Below the pieces are notes generated by a model. The model was not told the DNA's origin and made no database searches. It was given only the letters and a program-made list of their open reading frames with translations. Positions 55,900 through 64,000 of a stretch of DNA of 64,000 nucleotides are shown here, piece after piece (positions within the stretch are counted from its first letter, which is position 1; each line of letters opens with the position of its first letter). The position numbers and the translations under genes were made by a program. The stretch spans positions 32,001 to 96,000 of the forward strand of contig JBBRSP010000007.1 of the NCBI GenBank assembly GCA_038245295.1, read 5' to 3'. Source of the stretch: Candidatus Binatia bacterium (lineage in GTDB: Bacteria; Desulfobacterota; Binatia; HRBIN30).

Positions 55900-57090
55900 A
55901 TGTCGCCCCTCAGCTTCGACCCCACCGACCTGGCTCACGCCGCGGATCCCTATCCACTCCTCGCCGAGGTACGGCGCGCCGCGCCGGTGCTGCGGTTGGC
56001 CAACGGGTTCTGGGCGGTGACCGGCTACGACGCGGCGATGGAAGTCTTTCGCCAACGTGCCTTCGCTTCCGGACCGATCGCCGGGCGCTACGTCAACTCC
56101 CTGCCGCCGGGCGCGGCGCGCGACGAAATGAGTCACCGAATCAATTTCCTCGATCCGCCGGATCACACGCGTGTACGCGGACTCGTCGCGAAAGCATTCA
56201 CGCCGCGGCGTGTCGCCGATCTGGTGCCGTGGATTGAGGCCACGGCGACGCGTTTGCTCGACGATCTCGCGGCAAGCAAAGAGTTCGACCTGCTGCAGTG
56301 CTTCGCCCATCAATTGCCCTCGCTGGTGATCTCCGAGATGCTCGGTGTGCCGAGTGCTGATCGCCATCAGCTGACGGCGTGGAGCGACGCTGTCGCCCCG
56401 TTGCTCGGCCTGACGCTGTCGGACGACGATCGTCAACACGCCGTTGCCGCCGCCGAGGAGTTCCACGCCTACTTGAGCTCGTTGCTGGACGAGCGCCGTC
56501 GCCATCCCGGTGAAGATCTGTTGTCGGCGTTGTTGGCCGCCGAAGAAAACGGCGAGCGCCTGAATCGCGTCGAGCTGTTGTCGTTGGCAGCAACGCTCTA
56601 CTCGGCCGGCCATCGCACCACGCGTGATCTATTCACCAACGGCATGTCGGTTCTGCTGACCCACGACGGCTACTTCGGCAACGTCGTTGCCGGGCGCTGG
56701 ACGTGCGAAGCTGTCGTCGCCGAATTCCTGCGCTACGAAACACCGACGTTGTTCGTGGTGCGTATTCCTCTGGAGGTCGTCACCATCGCCGGAGTCGAGG
56801 TCGGCGCCTTCGAACCAACCTTAATCTTCCTCTCCGCCGCCAATCGCGATCCCTATGCCTTCCCCGAACCGGACGCGTTCACACCCGGGCGCGACGGCCC
56901 CCCTGCCCTATCGTTTGCCTACGGCGCCCACTATTGCCTCGGCGCTTCGTTGGCACGCACCGAAGCCGAAATCATGTTGAAGACTCTCACCCGACATTGC
57001 CCGACGCTGCACCGGGCACCCGGCCATGCGCTCCGGTGGCATCAACGCGGGCCGTTCCGCGGTCTCGACGAGCTCGTCGTACGGCGCTGA
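55900..57090 (+). CDS. Cytochrome P450
   Basis: DPPDHTRVR, EFLR (ExxR), AANRDP, FAYGAHYCLG heme ligand. Confidence 0.95.
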   Translation: MSPLSFDPTDLAHAADPYPLLAEVRRAAPVLRLANGFWAVTGYDAAMEVFRQRAFASGPIAGRYVNSLPPGAARDEMSHRINFLDPPDHTRVRGLVAKAFTPRRVADLVPWIEATATRLLDDLAASKEFDLLQCFAHQLPSLVISEMLGVPSADRHQLTAWSDAVAPLLGLTLSDDDRQHAVAAAEEFHAYLSSLLDERRRHPGEDLLSALLAAEENGERLNRVELLSLAATLYSAGHRTTRDLFTNGMSVLLTHDGYFGNVVAGRWTCEAVVAEFLRYETPTLFVVRIPLEVVTIAGVEVGAFEPTLIFLSAANRDPYAFPEPDAFTPGRDGPPALSFAYGAHYCLGASLARTEAEIMLKTLTRHCPTLHRAPGHALRWHQRGPFRGLDELVVRR

Positions 57091-57253
57091 AATCCGGAAC
57101 CAGGGAGACGATCGGTGAAGCTCACGTGGCACGAGACGCGGTGCGCGACACGGATTGCTCTGGAAACGTGAGGCAAGATGTTGAAAGGCCGCTCCAGGGT
57201 GCCCGCTGACAAGACGAAACCCTAGCGCGCCACGCTAAAGAGTTTGCCGCCCT

Positions 57254-58321
57254 ATGAAGATCTTCCACTGCGAACATTGCCAACACCTGGTCTTCTTCGA
57301 GAACACCCATTGTCTGAAGTGTGAGCACTCGCTCGCCTATTTGCCGGATATCAGCGCCATGGCAGCCCTCGAGCAAAGTGCCGGACTGTGGCGCCGACCG
57401 CGTTCCGGCGATCCCGGGCCTCTTTATCGCCTGTGCGCCAACTATGCGCAGGAGGACGTTTGCAACTGGGCCTTGCCCGCCGCTTCGACGGAAGCGCTGT
57501 GCCCGTCGTGTCGACTGACTCGAGTGATCCCGGATCTCGACCCGCCCGGGCATCGCGCCGCATGGTACCGTCTCGAAACGGCCAAGCGGCGTCTAGTCTA
57601 CAGTCTTCTGCAGCTGGGCCTGCCGATCCGCAACAGGCAAGACGACCCGCAGAACGGCTTGGCATTCGAGTTTCTCGCCGATGCGCCGGACGGTAGCCGA
57701 GTGCTGACCGGCCACGACGACGGCGTCATCACGATCAACATCGCCGAGGCGGACGATGCCGAACGCGAGAAGCGCCGCCTAGCGCTGCACGAACCCTACC
57801 GCACACTGCTCGGCCATTTCCGCCATGAGGTCGGCCACTACTATTGGGACCAACTCCTGGCGCGAGGCTCGCGCCTCGAGGGCTTCCGCCGTCTATTTGG
57901 CGATGAGCGGGCGGACTACGCTGCGGCGCTTCAACGCCACTATCAGGACGGCGCCGCACCGGACTGGCAACAGCGCTACCTCAGCACATACGCGAGTGCG
58001 CATCCGTGGGAAGATTGGGCCGAGACCTGGGCGCATTACCTTCACATGACCGACACTCTCGAAACGGCTGCCGCAAGTGGTTTGTCCTTGCGCCCACGGC
58101 GCCCTGACGAACCGTCGCTGCAACCCGATCGACGCACGTCGCTATCGAGAACACCCTTCGCCACAATGATGGAAGACTGGTTCTCGCTCACCTACATTCT
58201 CAACAACCTCAACCGCGGCCTTGGCCTACCGGATGGTTATCCCTTCGTCCTTCCCGGACCGGCGATCGACAAACTACAGTTCGTGCACGACACGATCATC
58301 GCTGCCAACGGCCCCGCCTGA
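57254..58321 (+). CDS. Zinc-ribbon + putative zinc metallopeptidase (DUF2248-like)
   Basis: CxxC pairs; TGHDDG, EPYRTLLGHFRHEVGHYYW, HPWEDWAETWAHYLH. Confidence 0.9.
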   Translation: MKIFHCEHCQHLVFFENTHCLKCEHSLAYLPDISAMAALEQSAGLWRRPRSGDPGPLYRLCANYAQEDVCNWALPAASTEALCPSCRLTRVIPDLDPPGHRAAWYRLETAKRRLVYSLLQLGLPIRNRQDDPQNGLAFEFLADAPDGSRVLTGHDDGVITINIAEADDAEREKRRLALHEPYRTLLGHFRHEVGHYYWDQLLARGSRLEGFRRLFGDERADYAAALQRHYQDGAAPDWQQRYLSTYASAHPWEDWAETWAHYLHMTDTLETAAASGLSLRPRRPDEPSLQPDRRTSLSRTPFATMMEDWFSLTYILNNLNRGLGLPDGYPFVLPGPAIDKLQFVHDTIIAANGPA

Positions 58322-60360
58322 TCACCGGGGGACGCGAAGTCTTGGCCGCAAGCGTCGCCGCGCCAGGGCGATCACAAGGAGGGCAAGCGGCGCCATCGCT
58401 CCGTTTGCATCAGCCCCCACGGCACAGCCGCTTCCGCCGGAGGAGCTGTGCAACGCCACCTGGGTCGGCCTCGGGGGCGGGGTCGGCGAAGGCAACGGGG
58501 TTGGCGCGGCGGCAACATCGGTTTGCTCGATGACATCGACGCCGGTGAACTGAGTCGCGGCGTACACCAAACGCGGATCGTGCGGATCGGCCAGGACATC
58601 GGTGATCATGCTTTGGTTGAAGCCCGCCGAGAATGGTTCCCAAGTCGTGCCGCCGTCGCGGCTACGGAAGACGCCACTGTAGGTTCCGACGTAGAGCAGC
58701 GACGAATCGAACGGACTGACGGTAACACTTGTACATGCCTGGCCGTCGAGGAGGGTCCCGGCGGTCACGCGAGTCCAGGTGACACCGCCGTCGAGACTGC
58801 GACCCGATCCTTCGAACGACGCGGCATACAGGCGTTCTTCGTGGCGCGGGTCGGCGGCGAGATCGAGCACAGAATGAACACCGCTCGCTTCAATCGGCAA
58901 TGCCTGCCAGCGAGCACCGTGGTCTTTGCTGACGTACAGGCCGGGCAGCCCTGCCGCATAGACCGCACCGTGCACGGCAAGCACGGCTCAGATGTCGGCG
59001 TCGCTGGCCAAGCCATTTTGGCTCGCCACCCATGACTCACCGCCGTCGGCGCTCGTGTAGAGTCCGCCGCCCCCGAGGTAGAGCCGCGCCGGATCGTCGG
59101 CATCGACGGCCAACACCCCGCTGGGACCACCCGCGCCTTGCTCGTACCGCAACCCGTGATTGACGGGACGCCACGTCGCACCGCCATCAACCGTCTTGCT
59201 CACGCCGTTGAAGTTGCTGACGTAAATTGTCCCGGCGCGTGTTGGATCAAAGGCAACCGCATAGACGAATTCGAGACGGGCGCCCCGCTGCATCCACGTC
59301 GAGGCTCGATCGCTGCTGCGGAACAGACTGCCGGCGGTCGCATTGACGGAGCCATCGGTGGGATCGATTGCCAACTGGCCGACAACGACAGAGCCAAGGC
59401 CCAAGCCAGACGGCATCCACGTCGAGCCGCGATCCGTGCTGAGATAGAGCTGCTGCAAATAGGCGACATACAATGTCGCCGGATGGGTCGGCACGACGAA
59501 CAGGCTGGCGTAACCAACAATGTCGTTCACCGCCGCCGGCGATGTAAGCGTACTCCACGAGGCCCCACCGGCGGTGCTACGCTGCAGAACCGTCATGGAA
59601 AGGCCGCCGTTGTTGCGGTGGTTACCGGTCACATAAACGTTCATCGGATCAATTGGGTCGACCGCCACTTGATCAATCGGCAACTGCGCTGGCTCGGAGA
59701 TCCAGCTGTCGCCGCGGTCGCTGCTGGCGAAGAGTCCGGCCGATGTCGCGGCGTGCAACCGTCCATCAGGGCCGATCGCCACCTGCGACACAAACGCCGC
59801 GTCCATCGGAGAACTGTCGGCCCACGTCGTCCCCCCATCGACACTACGAATCAGAAATCCCGGGGGTGGCGGCAACTGGACAGTGTAGTCCTCATAGGCG
59901 CTGCCGCCGCCAACGTATACGGACGAGTCGGCACCAACGACGATCGAATTGGCGGTCGTGTCATACCTACCGACGACGCTCCAGTTCTCGCCGCCGTCAA
60001 GGCTGCGCAACACGCTTCCGCCACAGCCGTACTGGTTGATGCACGAGAACGCCGCCGTCGCGTAAAGGGCCGCCGGGTGGGCCGAGTCGAGAGCCAATGC
60101 CGTGATCGTTTGTCCGCGGATCTCCGGCGGCGGCGCCACGCTGGTCCACGATACACCCGCGTCGTTGCTCCGATAGAACACGCTGTCGAGCGCGACGTGG
60201 ACGATATCCGGATCAACCGGCTCGACAACGATCGCCTGAACGCAGTCGATCGAATCGAACACCGTGTGCCACGAGTTGCCCCCATTGGCGATCTTGAAGA
60301 GGCGCTCCCCACAATCAACGGCGTCGTTCCCGCCAGCGCATAGGGTTGCCGGTGTCCGAG
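58322..60360 (-). pseudogene. BNR/Asp-box (VPS10/YCF48-like) beta-propeller surface protein, interrupted
   Basis: Many SxDGGxxW repeats; in-frame TGA at 58988-58990; no start or signal peptide upstream; C-terminal GC + TM + Arg-rich sorting tail. Confidence 0.7.
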
Positions 60361-60386
60361 GGAGCCGCCTGTGCGTCGACTCCGCA

Positions 60387-60414
60387 TTGACATTTTAAAC
60401 GTCTATTTTAAATG
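60387..60414 (+). promoter_or_regulatory. Promoter -35 with overlapping TetR-type operator
   Basis: TTGACA followed by the AT-rich near-palindrome CATTTTAAAC-GTCT-ATTTTAAATG just before the TetR gene. Confidence 0.6.
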
Positions 60415-60423
60415 CCGATATGA

Positions 60424-61092
60424 ATGATGGACTCGAAACCCGACCACGTGGGCCCGCGAGCCGCTGCGACGCGAGCACGACTCTTGGAGGCGGCAGGCGA
60501 AGTGTTCGCCGCCGAGGGCTTCCGCAACGCCACCATCCAGGCGATCTGCCAGCGCGCCGGCGCCAACATCGCGGCGGTAAACTATCACTTCGGAGACAAA
60601 GAGCGGCTGTACACGGCGGTGATCGCCTATGCCGATCAGTGCGCCCTGGAGCATCAACCGGTTGCGCCTCCCAAGGCACAGGAGGGTGCGCCCGAGGAGC
60701 GTTTGCAGCGGCAGATCCGCTCCTTCCTGTCGCGCCTGTTCGATCGCGGCCGGCCTGCCTGGCACGCCAAGCTCATGGCTCGCGAGATGGTTGATCCGAC
60801 GGCCGCCCTCGATCAACTGGTCAACGAACGTATGCGCGCCAATCACCAGCAGTTGGCGAAGATCGTGCGCGAGCTCATCGGTCCGGGCGTCAAAGCCGAC
60901 GCCGTAAGACTATCTGTGATGAGCATCATCGGTCAGTGCGTCTTCTACCGCCATTCGGCACCCGTCGTGGCGCGACTGTATCCCGATCTGATTCTCGAAG
61001 AAGAAGTCGAACGTATCGCCGCGCACATCACGCGATTCTCCCTCGCCGCCCTGCACGGCATGCGCTCGACAAGGAAAGGTAAGAGCGCATGA
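60424..61092 (+). CDS. TetR family regulator (CecR/DUF1956-like)
   Basis: RLLEAAGEVFA..GF...AGANIAAVNYHFGDKE; REMVDPT. Confidence 0.9.
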   Translation: MMDSKPDHVGPRAAATRARLLEAAGEVFAAEGFRNATIQAICQRAGANIAAVNYHFGDKERLYTAVIAYADQCALEHQPVAPPKAQEGAPEERLQRQIRSFLSRLFDRGRPAWHAKLMAREMVDPTAALDQLVNERMRANHQQLAKIVRELIGPGVKADAVRLSVMSIIGQCVFYRHSAPVVARLYPDLILEEEVERIAAHITRFSLAALHGMRSTRKGKSA

Positions 61093-62246
61093 GCACTCTC
61101 GGGAAATGGGGCGGTGGTCTGGTCGTACTCTTGGCTGTCGCCACAGGCACCTTCTTGGCCCGACGCGGTTCGACACAGCCGGCCGGCGACCCAAAGGGCG
61201 GTGCGCCGGTGCGCAGCGTTCCGGTTGCGGCCGCGGTGGCGACGACAGGTGACATTGGCGTGTACCTCAACGGCCTGGGCTCCGTCGTGCCTCTCCAGAC
61301 GGTGACAGTCCGCAGTCGCGTCGACGGCGAACTGATGTCGGTGCTGTTTCGGGAAGGCCAGGCGGTTCACCGCGGCGATCTCCTGGCCGAGATCGACCCG
61401 CGCCCCTTCGAAGTGAAGCGGACTCAGGCACAGGGACAGATGGCGCGCGACCAGGCCTTACTCACGAACGCGATGCTCGACCGGCAGCGCTACCGAACCC
61501 TGCTCGAACAGGATTCAATCGCCAAGCAGCAGCTCGACACGCAAGAGTCACTGGTGCGTCAGTACGAAGGTGCCGTAAAACTCGACCAGGGACAGGTCGA
61601 CGACGCCGACCTGCAGCTGTCGTACTGTCACATCAAGTCGCCGATCGACGGGCGCCTCGGCCTGCGTCTGGTCGATCCGGGCAACATCGTACATGCCAGT
61701 GACACCGGCGGTCTCGTCGTCATCACACAGGTACAGCCGATCGCCATCGTCTTCACGATCGCCGAAGACAGCCTGCCGCCCCTACTCACCAAGCTCAACG
61801 CCGGAGCCACACTGCCGGTCACGGCATACGATCGCGAACAGCGCCACCAATTGGCCAGCGGCTTGCTGCTGACCGTCGACAACCAGATCGACGCCAACAC
61901 CGGCACCGTGCGCCTGAAGGCGCAATTCCCGAATGACGACAGCGCTCTGTTTCCGAATCAATTCGTCAACGCCCGGCTACTCATCGATTTGAAGCGCGGC
62001 AGCACGCTGATCCCGTCGGTGGCGTTGCAGCAGGGCACCCAGGGCAACTTCGTTTACGTCGTCAAATCCGACCTCACCGTCGAGATGCGATCGGTCCACG
62101 TCGATGTCATCGAGGGCGAACAAGCCGCCATCGACAAGGGTCTGGCCGCCGGTGAGCGCGTCGTTAGCGACGGCGCCGACGGCTTACGCGACGGCAGTAA
62201 GGTCGAGCTGCCGGCGGAAAACGCCGCGCCGCGGGATCACGCATGA
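61089..62246 (+). CDS. mdtA: RND efflux membrane fusion protein MdtA
   Basis: [51 protein letters not shown]. Confidence 0.9.
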   Translation: MSTLGKWGGGLVVLLAVATGTFLARRGSTQPAGDPKGGAPVRSVPVAAAVATTGDIGVYLNGLGSVVPLQTVTVRSRVDGELMSVLFREGQAVHRGDLLAEIDPRPFEVKRTQAQGQMARDQALLTNAMLDRQRYRTLLEQDSIAKQQLDTQESLVRQYEGAVKLDQGQVDDADLQLSYCHIKSPIDGRLGLRLVDPGNIVHASDTGGLVVITQVQPIAIVFTIAEDSLPPLLTKLNAGATLPVTAYDREQRHQLASGLLLTVDNQIDANTGTVRLKAQFPNDDSALFPNQFVNARLLIDLKRGSTLIPSVALQQGTQGNFVYVVKSDLTVEMRSVHVDVIEGEQAAIDKGLAAGERVVSDGADGLRDGSKVELPAENAAPRDHA

Positions 62247-64000
62247 ACCTGTCACGGCCGTTCATCCTGCGCCCCGTCGCCACCACTCTCCTGATGGCGG
62301 CGATCTTGTTGGCCGGTGGCGTGGCGTATCGCCAACTGCCCGTGTCGGCCTTGCCGCAGGTCGACTACCCGACGATCCAGGTTGTGACATTTTATCCCGG
62401 CGCCAATCCCGACGTCATGGCCTCCTCTGTCACCGCGCCGCTCGAACGACAGTTCGGCCAGATGCCCGGGCTCAATCAGATGACCTCAACGAGCTCCGGC
62501 GGCAGCTCGGTCATCACGCTGCAATTCAGCCTTGATCTGAGCCTCGATGTCGCCGAGCAAGAAGTTCAGGCGGCGATCAACGCCGGCGCGACGTTCCTGC
62601 CGCGCGATCTGCCCAATCCGCCCATCTACAACAAAGTGAACCCGGCCGATGCGCCGATCCTTACGTTGGCGCTGACCTCGGAGACGATGCCGCTGCCGCG
62701 CGTCGAGGATCTGGCCGATACGCGCATCGTGCAGAAGATCGCCGAACTGCCGGGCGTCGGACTCGTCAGTATCAGCGGCGGCCAACGCCCAGCCGTGCGC
62801 ATCCGTGCCATTCCAACGGCACTGGCGTCCTACGGCCTGACCCTCGAGGATCTGCGCCTCGCCATCGTTGGTAACAACGTCAACCAGGCCAAGGGCGGTT
62901 TCGATGGCCCGGAGCAAGCCTTCGTGATCGGCGCCAATGATCAACTGCAGACAAGCGCCGAGTACCGACCGTTGATCGTCGCCTACCGCAACGGCGCGCC
63001 GGTTCACCTCTCCGATGTTGCCGAAGTGATCGACGATGCGGAGAACGTGCGACAAGCGGCTTGGAAAAACGACACGGCCGCGGTGATCATCAACATCCAG
63101 CGCCAGCCGGGCGCCAATGTCATCGAAGTCGTCGACCGCGTCAAACGATTGTTGCCGCAGATCGAGCGCGTCTTGCCGCCAGCGGTACAAATCTCGGTGC
63201 TGAGCGATCGAACGACGACGATCCGCGGCTCCGTCGAAGACGTGCAGTTCGAGCTTGTCCTCGCCGTGGTGCTCGTCGTGGCCGTGATCTTCCTCTTCCT
63301 GCGCAACCTGGCGGGTACGGTGATCCCAGCAGTCGCGGTGCCGCTATCCCTGGTCGGCTCCTTCGGAGCCATGTACCTGCTCGGGTTCAGCCTCAACAAC
63401 TTGTCGTTGATGGCGTTGACGATCTCGACCGGCTTCGTCGTCGACGACGCGATCGTCATGATCGAAAACATCGCCCGCTACGTCGAGGCCGGCGATCCGC
63501 CACTTGAAGCGGCGCTCAAGGGCGCTGAACAGATCGGTTTTACGATCCTGTCACTCACCGTGTCGCTGATCGCCGTCCTGATCCCTCTGCTGTTCATGGG
63601 TGACGTCGTCGGACGCCTGTTCCGCGAGTTCGCCATCACCCTGGGGCTGACGATTCTCATCTCGGCGGTCGTGTCGCTCACCTTGACCCCGATGATGTGC
63701 GCGCGCCTGTTGCGCCATACACCGGAGGAGCAGCAAGGACGCTTCTACCGCAGCTCGCAGCGTATCTTCGATCGGACCATCGACGCCTACGGCACAACGC
63801 TGCGTTGGGTGCTGCACCGCCAAGGCGCTACCCTGCTGGTCGCCGTCGGCATTCTCGTCCTCACGGTGCTGCTTTTCCTCATCGTCCCGAAGGGCTTCTT
63901 TCCGGTACAGGACACGGGCGTCATCCTCGGCATCTCCGAAGCACCACAATCCATCTCCTTCGCAGCGATGGCCGAGCGCCAGCGCGCCCTGGCACGGGTG
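62243..64000 (+). CDS. mdtB: RND efflux transporter MdtB (3' truncated by window end)
   Basis: Manual translation [18 protein letters not shown]...[16 protein letters not shown]...[18 protein letters not shown] overlap with mdtA. Confidence 0.9.
   Translation, partial: MNLSRPFILRPVATTLLMAAILLAGGVAYRQLPVSALPQVDYPTIQVVTFYPGANPDVMASSVTAPLERQFGQMPGLNQMTSTSSGGSSVITLQFSLDLSLDVAEQEVQAAINAGATFLPRDLPNPPIYNKVNPADAPILTLALTSETMPLPRVEDLADTRIVQKIAELPGVGLVSISGGQRPAVRIRAIPTALASYGLTLEDLRLAIVGNNVNQAKGGFDGPEQAFVIGANDQLQTSAEYRPLIVAYRNGAPVHLSDVAEVIDDAENVRQAAWKNDTAAVIINIQRQPGANVIEVVDRVKRLLPQIERVLPPAVQISVLSDRTTTIRGSVEDVQFELVLAVVLVVAVIFLFLRNLAGTVIPAVAVPLSLVGSFGAMYLLGFSLNNLSLMALTISTGFVVDDAIVMIENIARYVEAGDPPLEAALKGAEQIGFTILSLTVSLIAVLIPLLFMGDVVGRLFREFAITLGLTILISAVVSLTLTPMMCARLLRHTPEEQQGRFYRSSQRIFDRTIDAYGTTLRWVLHRQGATLLVAVGILVLTVLLFLIVPKGFFPVQDTGVILGISEAPQSISFAAMAERQRALARV

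Noticed and set aside
58988..58990. In-frame TGA as selenocysteine
   Set aside because: No redox motif context and no evident SECIS hairpin; the gene is also 5'-truncated.

Overview
A 64 kb GC-rich bacterial chromosomal window with no rRNA, tRNA, CRISPR array or intact transposase. Secreted proteins with Pro/Thr linkers and CxxDCxxxGxxxIDE dockerin-like modules suggest a Binatia (Binatota)-like deltaproteobacterium; this taxonomy is inference only. About 50 CDS are present. Lipid genes: lnt, fatty acid desaturase, two PlsC-type acyltransferases, tandem COG1233 oxidoreductases with two SCP2-like proteins, WS/DGAT plus a hydrolase. Signalling: a 1330-aa double class III cyclase-STAND-helical protein, and a STAS/GAF-PP2C/RsbW partner-switching module co-organised with an ABC importer. 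Others: a divergent sigma54-type cytochrome c cluster, a MazEF-type TA pair, SulP, penicillin acylase, P450, and TetR-mdtA-mdtB (partial). Most notable: (1) the cyclase splits its catalytic residues between two domains, like mammalian C1/C2 and soluble AC; (2) the partner-switching-ABC operon has no sigma factor and includes a STAS fusion to an uncharacterised domain; (3) two different MITEs, with readable TIRs and target duplications, inserted at overlapping sites in one REP-like repeat, and one of them recurs in the opposite orientation elsewhere; (4) sigma54-driven secreted proteins with CX4CH motifs. All product calls come from motif recognition, not database searches.
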